From: an uncultured Acidobacteriota bacterium
GTDB lineage: Bacteria; Acidobacteriota; UBA6911; RPQK01; JAPXNP01
DNA: 64,000 nucleotides
NCBI GenBank assembly: GCA_963777605.1
Contig: CAVZRV010000030.1
Coordinates: 1 to 64,000 of the forward strand
Direction: 5' to 3'
Shown here: one piece after another, positions 20,754 to 31,134 of the stretch
Numbering within the stretch: position 1 is the stretch's first letter
Layout: every line of letters begins with the position of its first letter
Position numbers and translations under genes: made by a program
Notes under the pieces: generated by a model
Databases searched by the model: none
What the model was told of the DNA's origin: nothing
The model's input: only the letters and a program-made list of their open reading frames with translations

Positions 20754-21015
20754 GCGCCCTTTCGCTCCGACCGGCACAATCAGTCACTAGCGATGGGGCG
20801 GTGACTTGCCGGCTCCCATCAGCGATGGGCATGTGCAACGAGGGCCCCAGGGGAGATCGAAAAATGAAACTCAACCTGAACCGAATCCGTTAGCGATCAC
20901 CTCCACTGTACCCGCCGATCTGCGGGTCCCACTGGCAGCGCCTCGCTGAAGTGACGCGCCTTGCCGCCCTCAGGCGGCCGGCTCGTTGAGCAAAGACCGA
21001 CAGGAGGATGAGGCC

Positions 21016-22198
21016 ATGGTTTACATCGATCAGAAACTGAGTTTCCTGATATCCCTCGCGGTGCTGTTGCTTTCCGCCTGCAGTGGAGTCGATGCGGATG
21101 GAAAACTTCCCGCGCCTCTCGATTCTGAGCCTGGACAGATGGTTCGCTCGGAGCGATGCGGCGAATGCCACAAGGACATTTACAGCGTCTGGAGTGGTTC
21201 GATTCATGCCCGGGCGGCATCGACTCCGGTCTTTCTCGAGGCTTATGACGACGCAGTCAAGCGGGCCGGTGACGAAGCCCGCCAACTTTGCCTGCAGTGT
21301 CATGCTCCCTCATCCGTGATCACCGGAAATCTGGTGCTCTCCGACTCGCTGAACCAGGAGGGGATCAACTGCGATTTCTGCCACTCCCTCGTTGGCGTTG
21401 AGCCGAAGAAGGAACCGAACCCCTTTGTTCTAAAGGTCGAAGGGGTCAAGTACGGTCCGGTCAAGGATGCTGTTTCGACGGGTCACCCCGTTGCCTACTC
21501 CGAGTTTCATACCACCTCCGAACTCTGTGCAGGATGCCATGAATACATCAATTCCGGAGGAGTCACGCTACTTTCGACTTACTCCGAGTGGAAGAGCTAT
21601 CTCAAATCCAGCGGTAACAAAAGCTGCCAGGAATGCCACATGCCCCTGGTCGTCGCGAGTGTTGCCGACCCGCGTGTTTCCCGGGTGCGCAACTCCTTTG
21701 TAAACCTCCACAGCATGCCGGGCGGACATTCGCTGGCCCAGTTGGTGAAGTCGCTCCGACTGCGGATTCTGGAGGTTGACCGCCAGAAAGACACGATTCA
21801 CGTCAAGGTCAGCGTGGATAACAAGGGAGCCGGACACATGGTCCCCACCGGGAGCCCGTCTCGAAAGGTGCTGCTGACCCTGACCGCAACCGCCGCCAAC
21901 GGCATGAGCGCCCGTCAGGAATACACCTTCCAGCGTGTCGTTGTCGATGCCGCCGGCAAACCCGATCGAAGAGGATTCGCGGTTGTTCCTGGAAGGAACC
22001 GCGGTCGAGTCGGACAACCGGTTGGCTCCGGACGAGGAACGGGTCATCGAAACGACTCTGTCCCTTCCTCCGGGAGACAACGTGGAGGTCCGGGCTGCCC
22101 TGACCTACCTCTATTCACCCCACAATCGACCCGAAACTGAGACCAGATTGGAGTTCTATTCAGAGCAAAAACGGCTGGTCACTTCGTGGACCCGCTAA
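21016..22198 (+). CDS. Pentaheme cytochrome c lipoprotein (c554-like domain; frameshift near 21960)
   Basis: Lipobox LSAC; CGECH, CLQCH, CDFCH, CAGCH, CQECH; AGH.VPTG. Confidence 0.9.
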
Positions 22199-22230
22199 AC
22201 CACAACTGCCAGCAGATTCAGGAGGATTCC

Positions 22231-22699
22231 GTGCAACAGGAAGTACCCGACCGGCGGCGCCGACGGCTGATCAATTGGTTCCTGGGGGGATCATTGTCAG
22301 GGTTGGTTGCCTCAATTTGCTATCCACTGGCCCGCTACCTCAGTCCCCCCTCTGTGCCCGAAGCGGCGACCGAACAGGTTGACGCAGGGAGCACAAATGA
22401 TCCGTCCCTCCTCGAGACAGGGATTCAAGATCGTTCGCTTCGGCGTCCAACCGGTCATCCTGATTCGGGTGGGGGACCAGGACTTTCGAGCCTTCTCCGC
22501 AACGTGTACCCATCTCGACTGCATTGTCGAGTACCAGTCGTCAGAAAAGCGCATCTGGTGCAATTGCCACAACGGCCAATACGATCTCACCGGACGCAAC
22601 GTCGCCGGGCCGCCACCCAGACCTCTTCGACCCTACACGGTCAACCTCGTGGCTAAAGGTCCTGGTCAACCTGAAAGCATCGTGATTTCGAAGGGATGA
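22231..22699 (+). CDS. Tat-exported Rieske [2Fe-2S] protein (frameshift near 22420)
   Basis: RRR signal/TM segment; CTHLDC, CNCH and GPPPRPL motifs. Confidence 0.92.
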
Positions 22700-23874
22700 G
22701 ACAGATGGGACTCACCGTTCAACCTCTTTACGACTGGCTCGAGGCGCGAGTTCCGATCAGCAAACTCGTCGAAGCCGCCGAGCACAAGACCGTTCCTCAA
22801 CACCGCTACACGCTCTGTTATTACGTTGGAGGAATGACCCTCTTCTTCTTCATCGTCCAGGTGATCACCGGGATCCTACTGATGCTCTACTATCGCCCCT
22901 CGGCCGGCGAAGCCTTCGAATCGGTCGAGTTCCTGATGACGACCGTTCCGTTCGGCTGGCTGATCCGATCGATTCACTCCTGGTCGGCCAACCTGATGAT
23001 CTTCTTCCTGTTCGTCCACCTGGCGACAGTCTATTTCATGAAGGCATACCGGCCGCCTCGGGAACTGACGTGGGTGACCGGGACGCTCCTGCTTTTTCTT
23101 GCAATGGCCTTCGGGTTTTCTGGTTACCTCCTTCCCTGGAACCAGTTGGCCTATTTTGCCACCAACGTGGGGACCGACATTGCTGGAGCGGTTCCAATTG
23201 TGGGTGAAACGCTGCTGAGGTTCCTGCGAGGTGGAGACCGGGTGACCGGAGGCACCCTGTCCCGGTTTTATGGATGGCATGTGGCCATCCTGCCGGCACT
23301 GACCACAGCCGTGCTGGGGATTCACCTGCTCTTCGTACAGGTTCAGGGAATGAGCGTCCCCCCGGGGGAATCTGAAAGGGCGAAGCGCCGGCACGGACTC
23401 AAGTTCATGCCGAACTTCCTCCTGCGCGATCTCTTTGGTTGGACGGTGGCTCTGGCCCTGCTGGCGACGCTGGCTGCCCTCTTTCCGTGGGAACTGGGGG
23501 ACAAGGCCAACCCGTTCGCCCCGGCTTTTGCCGACATCAAGCCGGAGTGGTACTTCATGTTCATGTTCGAGACGCTGAAGCTGGTCCCGGGGGGGGAGAT
23601 TCTCGGGGTTGAATACGAGGCCTTTCCGATCATGTTATTCGGTCTGTTCGGACTCATGATTCTCCTGGTTCCGTTCGTCGATCGGGGTGCGGATGAGGGG
23701 CGGCACAGTACGCTCTTTTCTGCGCTCGGATTAATCGTCCTGGTCTACGTTACCGGCTTTACAGCCTGGGGGTACCGGTCCTGGGTTCCAATCGTCATCA
23801 CTGTGGTGGTGGGAGTGCTGCTGTCCTTCCACGGGTTGCGAAACAGGGACAACGAGGGGAGGGACGGCAAATGA
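22696..23874 (+). CDS. Cytochrome b of a Rieske/cytochrome b complex (unsplit)
   Basis: [10 protein letters not shown]...H, SGYLLPW, RFYGWH...H and PEWY motifs. Confidence 0.95.
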   Translation: MRQMGLTVQPLYDWLEARVPISKLVEAAEHKTVPQHRYTLCYYVGGMTLFFFIVQVITGILLMLYYRPSAGEAFESVEFLMTTVPFGWLIRSIHSWSANLMIFFLFVHLATVYFMKAYRPPRELTWVTGTLLLFLAMAFGFSGYLLPWNQLAYFATNVGTDIAGAVPIVGETLLRFLRGGDRVTGGTLSRFYGWHVAILPALTTAVLGIHLLFVQVQGMSVPPGESERAKRRHGLKFMPNFLLRDLFGWTVALALLATLAALFPWELGDKANPFAPAFADIKPEWYFMFMFETLKLVPGGEILGVEYEAFPIMLFGLFGLMILLVPFVDRGADEGRHSTLFSALGLIVLVYVTGFTAWGYRSWVPIVITVVVGVLLSFHGLRNRDNEGRDGK

Positions 23875-25583
23875 GGTTGGGACAATTCAACTGGAAGACC
23901 GCTGCCTTGGTTGCGTTTGCGCTCACTGCTCCGGCGGTTGCGCAGGAGTCTACATCCTGTGAGACCTGCCATGCCAACCCGGATATGTTCGGAAGTGAGC
24001 AGATTGCAATCGTCGAAGGGTTTGGACATGACATTCACCGGGACGCCGGAATCTCCTGCCAGGATTGCCACGGCGGCAACCCCGATCCGGCGCTTGCGGA
24101 TGATCCGGCCGGAGCCATGGATCCCGATTTTCGGGCCAATCCCTATCACGGGGCCCCGAAGCGCACGGAGATCCCCGATTTTTGTGGAAGATGCCACTCC
24201 GACCCAGATTACATGAGGCAGTTTCGGCCTGATTTGCGGGTAGACCAGGTCCGGGAGTACTGGACCAGTCGTCACGGCATTGCCCTGAAGCAGGGTGACG
24301 AGAAGGTGGCCACCTGTGTTGATTGCCATGGGGTTCACGGAATCCGGTCCGCGTCCGACACCCTGTCCCGGGTGTTTCCGAAAAACGTGGCGGAAACCTG
24401 CGCCGCATGCCATTCCGACCCGGCTCGCATGGAGGGTTACAAACTCGACAACGGGCAGCCCCTGCCGACGAATCAGCTCGCTTTGTGGAAGGAAAGCGTC
24501 CATGCCAAGTCCATGATGGAGAAGCAGGACCTGTCGGCTCCGACCTGCAACGACTGTCACGGCAATCACGGTGCCGTTCCACCCGGAGTCGAAGCCATTT
24601 CCTATGTCTGTGGTCAGTGCCACGGCCGTGAGGCGACTCTGTTTCGGGCGAGCCCGAAGCTGGAAGGGTTTCGAACCCATGAGTCCTTCGCAGAGGACGG
24701 CCAGCCCCTCGACTGCCGGGGTTGCCACGATCTGCCTGCCGAGTTCGAGCAGATCGAGCCCGTCCACGCATTGACCGAGTGTTCCACCTGCCACGGAAAT
24801 CATGCGGTAGTGAGGCCGACCATTTCCATGTTGGGACCTCTCCCGGATACCCCGTGCGATTTCTGTCACGAGACGGCACCGAACGCCGATTCCGCGACGG
24901 CGGGACTCTCATCCGAGCGGCCGCAGGTGGTGAGCCAGACGCTTGGCAGTCTGCTTGAAACCGCCAGGCAGCAGGGCAAGACTGACGGAGACCTCTATGA
25001 CTGGCTTGTTCAGGAGACCCTCCTGCTGCCACCGCACACACTCGCAGGAGGCGGAGATGCCCGGCCCAAGCTTCGCCCCGAGTTCGCACGCCTCTTTGAG
25101 AAGCTGCGGATCGGGACGATGCACCGGCCGGGACCGGGCGGCGAATTGCTGCCGGGAGCGCCCTGGAGGGTGCGGTGCAACCAGTGCCACGATCCGAACT
25201 CCCCGGATAACGTGGGGACTCAGACAGCCTCGGCATTCGTCGACAAGTTCGGTCGCCTGTCCCGTGCGACGGCTGCGGCAGAGCGATCTTTGCTGAAGGC
25301 CAGACGAGGCGGAGTGGAGACGCGAGGAGCCCTGACCCAGATCGAAGCGGCGATCGAGGCCGACATACAGCTCCAGGTTCTGGTTCATACGTTTTCAGCG
25401 GACGAGTCGGGTGACTTTTCCAAGAAGTATGAGGAGGGAATGAAATCTGCAGATGCCGGACTGGATGAAGGGCGGTCGGCACTTGGGGAATTGAAGTCAC
25501 GCCGGCTGGGACTTCTCGTCTCGCTGGTCTTCATCGGCCTGACTCTGGTTGGGCTGTATGCCAAGATTCGCCAGTTAGGCTGA
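23871..25583 (+). CDS. Membrane-anchored undecaheme cytochrome c
   Basis: Signal peptide, 11 CxxCH motifs (CETCH through CNQCH), C-terminal TM helix. Confidence 0.92.
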   Translation: MRLGQFNWKTAALVAFALTAPAVAQESTSCETCHANPDMFGSEQIAIVEGFGHDIHRDAGISCQDCHGGNPDPALADDPAGAMDPDFRANPYHGAPKRTEIPDFCGRCHSDPDYMRQFRPDLRVDQVREYWTSRHGIALKQGDEKVATCVDCHGVHGIRSASDTLSRVFPKNVAETCAACHSDPARMEGYKLDNGQPLPTNQLALWKESVHAKSMMEKQDLSAPTCNDCHGNHGAVPPGVEAISYVCGQCHGREATLFRASPKLEGFRTHESFAEDGQPLDCRGCHDLPAEFEQIEPVHALTECSTCHGNHAVVRPTISMLGPLPDTPCDFCHETAPNADSATAGLSSERPQVVSQTLGSLLETARQQGKTDGDLYDWLVQETLLLPPHTLAGGGDARPKLRPEFARLFEKLRIGTMHRPGPGGELLPGAPWRVRCNQCHDPNSPDNVGTQTASAFVDKFGRLSRATAAAERSLLKARRGGVETRGALTQIEAAIEADIQLQVLVHTFSADESGDFSKKYEEGMKSADAGLDEGRSALGELKSRRLGLLVSLVFIGLTLVGLYAKIRQLG

Positions 25584-25591
25584 TTCTTTTG

Positions 25592-25656
25592 CCGGAGCCC
25601 GGAGCCCGGAGCCCGGAGCCCGGACAAGGGTTTCTGGTTTCCGGTTTCCGGTTTCG
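25592..25656 (+). repeat. Heptamer arrays (CCGGAGC)x4 followed by (GGTTTCN)x4
   Basis: Begin 8 bp after the cytochrome operon stop; the two arrays are partly complementary. Confidence 0.85.
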
Positions 25657-25955
25657 GGGGTGTGTTACCGAGGTCGCTGTCGGAGGCGCATCGGACTCGT
25701 TTCACCGCGCCCGATCCGTCGGCGGGCACACGAAACCCCCGGGTAAAGCCTCCGGCGGGGGCCAAACCCCTAACCCCATGTATTAATAACGAACGTGTTG
25801 GAAAAAGTGCGAAAAAACCGCGGGAAGAAAGTGGAAAAATCCTGTTCACCCGGATGGGCAACGGTGCTTTTTGCGGTGGACATCCTCGAGAGGGTATTCT
25901 TTGGACCAGTGCAGTCCTTCTGATGAGTCGGGGTTTCCGATCGGTAGCTGTAGTA

Positions 25956-27461
25956 ATGAGTTTGAGGGAAACGCTTTCAAGCTTGGTGCAGAGCCTTCAT
26001 TTCAAGGTGGCTTCAGGTGTGATCGGTACTGTACTGGCGATTTCTGCACTCCATTTCGCCTGGGACTACCACTTCTACCGCACCAAGCTCATGGCTGAAC
26101 TGCGCCAGTCCTCGGAGAGCGTTTCCGACGTGACCCTCAACAGTCTCCTCGAGCTGGCGATGGTGGGACGGCATCCGGAATTGCTTCAGGGAGGGGTGGA
26201 ACGCCTCTCGAAGTCGTCCGACCTGGTCAGGACCATTCAGATCATCGACCTGACCGGGGTGATCCGGTTCTCCTCTGACCGGGCCCGGGTCGGTACGCGG
26301 GTCAGCCTCAAGGATCCGGGATGCGTGGCCTGCCACTCGGGAGACGCCGTACTTCCGCGGTCTGCCTTCATTCAGCAGGGAAACGAACAGTTGTTGCGTT
26401 ACGCCGCCCCCATCCCAAACCGACTCGGTTGCCATTCCTGCCATGACCCGGCCCAGCCCCTGGTCGGCATTCTGCTGGTTGACCACACGACGGGAGCCGC
26501 CCAGGAGAATCTGCGGGCCAGCCTCTACGAGATGGTCATCAAAGCCGGAACAACCGTCCTGGCGATCCTGATCGTGCTGGGAATCCTGATGAACAAAATT
26601 GTCATCTCCCGGATCAAGCGGCTGACCGCCGCGACCTCGCAGCTGACCTCCCATAATCCCGAGGCGCTCGATTTGCAGGCAGTGGAGGGAAGTGATGAAA
26701 TCGGGCAGCTCGCCCGCTCATTCCAGAAGATGGCCCGCGATCTCAGAACTTATGTGAACGAACTCGAGGAGAAGGAGCGGATTCGAGTGTCCTTGTTGCA
26801 GAGACTGGTCCGAAGCCAGGAGGAGGAACGCAAGACCATCTCGAGGGAGCTGCATGACCAGTTGGGCCAGTCTTTGTCGGCACTGCTGTTGGAGTTTCAG
26901 ACCCGCTTCTCGTCGGGAGACCTCAACAATAAGGCCTCGACGGGTGACTTCAGGGAATTTGAGGAGAGGATCCGAAAGTTGATCGAGGAAGTGCACCGCC
27001 TGGCCTGGCAGATGCGTCCGTCGATCCTGGATGACTACGGGCTGGACCGGGCCGTTGAACGCTATGTGGAGGAAACCTCGAAGTCTTCGGGAGTTTTAAT
27101 CGATTTTCAGCAGATCACGGCAGACGGGCTGGACCGATTGCCGCACTGGATAGAGACGACCCTCTATCGCGTCGCCCAGGAAGGTGTTGCCAACGTGGTC
27201 CGCCACTCGGAGGCGACCCAGGCCAGCGTGCTTCTGATCCGCAAGCGAACGAACGTCACTCTGCTGGTAGAAGATAACGGCGTCGGGTTTGACCCGCGCA
27301 GTGTTGAGCCGACCAGTGCGCGGGGACTGGGCCTGCTCGGGATGAAAGAACGGGTAACAGAATGCGGGGGGAAGCTCGAGGTTGAATCGGCTCCGTTGAA
27401 AGGCACGACGATCCGCGTGCAGATCCCGCTGGGACAAGGTCTGAAATGGCAATCCGTCTGA
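25956..27461 (+). CDS. Sensor histidine kinase with a di-heme periplasmic domain, HAMP, HisKA_3 and HATPase
   Basis: Two TMs flanking CVACH and CHSCH; DEIGQLA, EERK.ISRELHD, DNGVGF and GLGLLGM. Confidence 0.92.
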   Translation: MSLRETLSSLVQSLHFKVASGVIGTVLAISALHFAWDYHFYRTKLMAELRQSSESVSDVTLNSLLELAMVGRHPELLQGGVERLSKSSDLVRTIQIIDLTGVIRFSSDRARVGTRVSLKDPGCVACHSGDAVLPRSAFIQQGNEQLLRYAAPIPNRLGCHSCHDPAQPLVGILLVDHTTGAAQENLRASLYEMVIKAGTTVLAILIVLGILMNKIVISRIKRLTAATSQLTSHNPEALDLQAVEGSDEIGQLARSFQKMARDLRTYVNELEEKERIRVSLLQRLVRSQEEERKTISRELHDQLGQSLSALLLEFQTRFSSGDLNNKASTGDFREFEERIRKLIEEVHRLAWQMRPSILDDYGLDRAVERYVEETSKSSGVLIDFQQITADGLDRLPHWIETTLYRVAQEGVANVVRHSEATQASVLLIRKRTNVTLLVEDNGVGFDPRSVEPTSARGLGLLGMKERVTECGGKLEVESAPLKGTTIRVQIPLGQGLKWQSV

Positions 27462-28096
27462 TTATTGCCGACGATCACGCAATGTTTCGCAGTGGCCTGC
27501 GGGCTCTGCTCGAGAAGGAGAGTGATTTCGAAATCCTCGCCGAAACCGGAAACGGCTTCGACACGCTCCGTGCCGTGTCCGGGTCCGAGGTTGACGTTCT
27601 CCTGCTCGACCTGAGCATGCCCGGCCTGCCCGGGTCGAGGGTTGCCGAGAGCGTACTCGAAGAGAGACCTCACCTTCCGATTGTCATCCTCACGATGCAC
27701 GAGGACGAGTACTACCTGCGCGAACTGCTCAAGATCGGCGTGCGAAGCTTCGTCCTCAAGAAATCGACGGGAAGCGACCTGGTGAAGGCGATTCGGGCTG
27801 CCTACCGGGGAGAGAGCTATGTCGATCCGTCCCTGGGCGGGAAACTCCTCTCGGCCCTATGCGATCCCAATCCGAGGAACTCGGGACACCGGGTGGGCGT
27901 TTTGACCCCGCGCGAGCAGGAGGTCTGCACCCTGCTTGCATTTGGCCACACCAACGCCGAGATTGCCGAGAAGCTGTGTATCTCCGAGCGGACCGTTGAG
28001 AGTCACCGCAACAACATCACGACAAAGCTGGGCCTCAAGAGCCGCGCAGAACTGGTGCGGTTTGCCATTGACAACGGCCTTCTCAAAATCGAATAG
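27446..28096 (+). CDS. NarL/LuxR-family response regulator
   Basis: ADDH, LLDLSMP, LTPREQEV and IAEKL.IS.RTVESHR motifs. Confidence 0.95.
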   Translation: MAIRLIIADDHAMFRSGLRALLEKESDFEILAETGNGFDTLRAVSGSEVDVLLLDLSMPGLPGSRVAESVLEERPHLPIVILTMHEDEYYLRELLKIGVRSFVLKKSTGSDLVKAIRAAYRGESYVDPSLGGKLLSALCDPNPRNSGHRVGVLTPREQEVCTLLAFGHTNAEIAEKLCISERTVESHRNNITTKLGLKSRAELVRFAIDNGLLKIE

Positions 28097-28105
28097 CAGT
28101 CCCTT

Positions 28106-28157
28106 ATCCGTAGTTTTTCCGGATTCCTGATTGGCGAAATGCGGTTTTTCAGCGGAT
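28106..28157. promoter_or_regulatory. Pair of ATSCG-N9-CGGAT sites, 33 bp apart, upstream of the CRTAC1/Hzs-like operon
   Basis: ATCCGTAGTTTTTCCGGAT (28106-28124) and ATGCGGTTTTTCAGCGGAT (28139-28157). Confidence 0.7.
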
Positions 28158-28220
28158 GCGCCACCCACCCCGGCCACCGGATACTTTTCCCAGTAACAAA
28201 GCCTCATCAATTGAAGGGAA

Positions 28221-29954
28221 TTGGGCCGGGTGTTGAATCCAGCAAAACCACAAGTCCGACTATTCATCTGGCTGTCTTTCGTGATTCTTCTGGCCGGTGT
28301 CCTGTTGAGCGCCGGCTGCTCCTCCGGTACGACCGGTGAAATGAGAGTCTCCGCTGATCGAGGTGCACTTCCTCTTGAGCAGGAGGCCCACAATCAGGCC
28401 GGCGTGATCCTGACCGACGTCACCGTACCCGCCGGGATCAGCTTCCGCCACTCCTACGGAGACCAGCAGTTCAGTAACCTCATCGAAGCGGCAGGTGGCG
28501 GAGTTGCCTTCCTGGATTACGATCAGGACGGCTGGCTCGATCTCTACCTGGCCAGCGGAAAGTTCTATCCCGGTCTGAGCAGCGGGGAGGAGCCCCGGAA
28601 CCAGAACTTGAACCGGCTTTATCGGAACCGCGGGGACGGAACCTTCGAAGACGTTACGGAAAAAGCGGGAGTAGGACTCCCTGATTCCTACAGCATGGGC
28701 CTCGCGGTTGCCGACTTCAATAACGACGGTTTCCCGGATATCTTCATCTGCGGATACCGCCACAGCACTCTGCTCGAGAACCGGCGGGACGGAACCTTCG
28801 CCGACGTGACGTCAACGGCCGGGGTAGCCAATACCGACCTGACTTCGATCGCAGCCACCTGGCTCGACTACGACCGGGACGGCCTGCTCGATCTTTACGT
28901 CAGCAGCTACATCGCCTTTGACCCCAACTACAACCAGTACTACTCGCCGGACGGCTTCCCTGGTCCGCTCGCATACCAGGGACAGCCGGACCGGCTTTTC
29001 CGAAACCTGGGCTCGGGGAGATTTCGGGACGTCAGCGCCGAGGTCGGCCTTTCCGACTTGAAGGGCCGGGGAATGAGCGTTATCTCGGCCGATTACGACC
29101 TGGACGGCTATCCCGATCTCTACGTCACTAACGATGCCACCGAGAACTTTCTGCTGCACAACGAAGGGGGGACCCATTTCTCCCAGCGTTCCGAAGATGC
29201 CGGAGTTGGCTACAACGGGATGGGCGATTCGACGGCCAGCATGGGGGCCGACCTGGGCGATTACGACCGCGACGGGCGCCTCGACCTCTTCGTATCGGAC
29301 AACTCGATCGGGTCGCTCTACCGGAACGAAGGAGACGGGCTTTTCATGGACCAGGTCGTCGAGTCAGGGATCGCCATGCGTAGCGCCCAGTACGTGGGCT
29401 GGGGCTCCTTCTTCTTCGACCTGGACAACGACGGCGACCTGGACATTTTCAAAACCAACAGCGACCTTTCCCGGCTATTCGGACAGGAGGACCAGGTCTT
29501 CCTGAACGACGGCAAGGGCGGTTTTCGGGACGTTGCCTCGGAAATGGGCGACTATTTCGGTCAGACTCTCCTCGGGCGCGGCGCGGCTTACGCTGACTAC
29601 GACAATGACGGCGACCTGGACGTGGTCGTCTCCAACATTGGGGGCCCCGCCGTGTTGCTCAGAAACGATGGGGGCAACCGGAAGAACTGGCTGGGCCTGG
29701 TTCTTCGAGGTAGGACCAGTAATCGTGACGGGACCGGCGCCGTGGTCCGCATCAGTGTCGGCGGAAGCAGAATGGTGCTCTTCAAGAAAACCTCGAGTGG
29801 TTACCTCTCCTGCAGCGACCCCCGGCTGCACGTCGGACTCGATGATGCCGGCCAGGTGGACGAGATTGAAATTGCCTGGCCTTCGGGAAGGAAACAGCTC
29901 TTGAAGGATGTGAATGCTAACCAGATTCTCACCGTCGAAGAGCCCGAGGCGTAG
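28221..29954 (+). CDS. CRTAC1-family lipoprotein (FG-GAP repeats plus ASPIC/UnbV domain)
   Basis: Lipobox SAGC; repeated DYDxDGxLDL; C-terminal GYLS..DPRLHVGL...WPSG. Confidence 0.92.
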   Translation: MGRVLNPAKPQVRLFIWLSFVILLAGVLLSAGCSSGTTGEMRVSADRGALPLEQEAHNQAGVILTDVTVPAGISFRHSYGDQQFSNLIEAAGGGVAFLDYDQDGWLDLYLASGKFYPGLSSGEEPRNQNLNRLYRNRGDGTFEDVTEKAGVGLPDSYSMGLAVADFNNDGFPDIFICGYRHSTLLENRRDGTFADVTSTAGVANTDLTSIAATWLDYDRDGLLDLYVSSYIAFDPNYNQYYSPDGFPGPLAYQGQPDRLFRNLGSGRFRDVSAEVGLSDLKGRGMSVISADYDLDGYPDLYVTNDATENFLLHNEGGTHFSQRSEDAGVGYNGMGDSTASMGADLGDYDRDGRLDLFVSDNSIGSLYRNEGDGLFMDQVVESGIAMRSAQYVGWGSFFFDLDNDGDLDIFKTNSDLSRLFGQEDQVFLNDGKGGFRDVASEMGDYFGQTLLGRGAAYADYDNDGDLDVVVSNIGGPAVLLRNDGGNRKNWLGLVLRGRTSNRDGTGAVVRISVGGSRMVLFKKTSSGYLSCSDPRLHVGLDDAGQVDEIEIAWPSGRKQLLKDVNANQILTVEEPEA

Positions 29955-29961
29955 GCGAGTC

Positions 29962-31134
29962 GTGCTGCGTCCAAGGGTGCTTCAGATCGTCGTGCTACTG
30001 GGTGTCGTCGCGGGAGCCGGTGTCCTGGCCTCCTTGCGATCCTCTGCTCCGGCTCAGGTCGTTTACCTGGCCTGTGCCTCCGTTCCCCAGGAAATGCCGC
30101 TGCTCTATCCCGCCGGCACGCGCCTCGTCCGATTTGCTCGAGGATCGGTGGAGCCGTTTGCCGACCTGGAACTGGTCAGTCCACCTCACGTCTCTTACGA
30201 CGGGTTCCGGGTCATCTTCTCGGCCCGCCGAACCGGAGAGGACTACGCCCAGCTCTGGGAGGCTGATGCAGAAGGGGAACTACTCGGCAGGCGGACAAAC
30301 GAATCGGCTGACTGCGTGACCCCAGATTACCTTCCGGACGGCCGGATCGTGTTCACTCGCCTCTCGGAGCGATTGGAACACGGGACGTCGAAAGGCGAGG
30401 TCTTCGTGCTCGAGCAGTCGGGAGAGACCCACCGGATCAGCTTTGGGAGTTCGCTGGATCTGGTCGATCATGTCCTGGAGGACGGCCGGGTCCTGGTCCG
30501 TCGAGTGACTGCGCAGAATCCCGAGGGACTTGAACTCGCCCTCCGTCCGGACGGAACCGAGATGGAACGTTACCTGGGAACGAAGTCCCCGGAAGCAACG
30601 ATTGCGCGTCTTGCCAGAGAGACGGAAAAAGTCCTGGCGGTCGGAGATTCAATTGCTCTCAATTCACCCGGAAAATACGAGGTACGGACGGTTGTTCCCA
30701 TGGATCCCCGTAGTCGTCCCCCGGTCGCGACCTCGGTTGTCAACGAGGCAATGGACCACGGCTGGCTTCTCTGCCTCGACGTCCGGCAGACCGACCTGAC
30801 GATTGACCTTGCCCGGGCCCATTCCGCCCGGATCGTGGGCGCCGAAACCGGAATGCCGCTCGCGGAAACACCGATCGAGTCGGACGGGTCATTCTTTGTC
30901 GAGGTGCCGTCGGACCATTTGTTCAAAGTCGAGGTTCTGGATGACCAGGGAGAGGTTCTGGTCCGCCAGGGAGAGGGTATCTGGGTCCGGCCCAACGAGC
31001 ACCGGGGCTGCATCGGCTGTCACGAGCCCCGCTACCTCTCACCACGAAACCGGATGCCCCTGGCTCTTCAGAAGCACTCCTCCGATCCCATCGCCCCGCA
31101 GGTAATCTCGCAGCGACTTCGGGAGGGGAAGTGA
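29962..31134 (+). CDS. Hydrazine synthase alpha-like protein (TolB-like propeller plus HZS-alpha middle domain, one heme)
   Basis: SYDG.RVIFS and PDYLPDGRIVF blades; DGSFFVEVPSD...LDDQG...WVRPNEHRGCIGCHEPRY. Confidence 0.8.
   Translation: MLRPRVLQIVVLLGVVAGAGVLASLRSSAPAQVVYLACASVPQEMPLLYPAGTRLVRFARGSVEPFADLELVSPPHVSYDGFRVIFSARRTGEDYAQLWEADAEGELLGRRTNESADCVTPDYLPDGRIVFTRLSERLEHGTSKGEVFVLEQSGETHRISFGSSLDLVDHVLEDGRVLVRRVTAQNPEGLELALRPDGTEMERYLGTKSPEATIARLARETEKVLAVGDSIALNSPGKYEVRTVVPMDPRSRPPVATSVVNEAMDHGWLLCLDVRQTDLTIDLARAHSARIVGAETGMPLAETPIESDGSFFVEVPSDHLFKVEVLDDQGEVLVRQGEGIWVRPNEHRGCIGCHEPRYLSPRNRMPLALQKHSSDPIAPQVISQRLREGK

Noticed and set aside
20864-20893. Short ORF MKLNLNRIR with a possible RBS in the cytochrome operon leader
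   Set aside because: Nine codons, no regulatory codon run or terminator; cannot be distinguished from chance.
22800-22835. Cys in TLCYYVGG as the heme ci attachment site of b6-type cytochromes
   Set aside because: It is offset by two residues from the YCxGG position, so it cannot be supported without an alignment.
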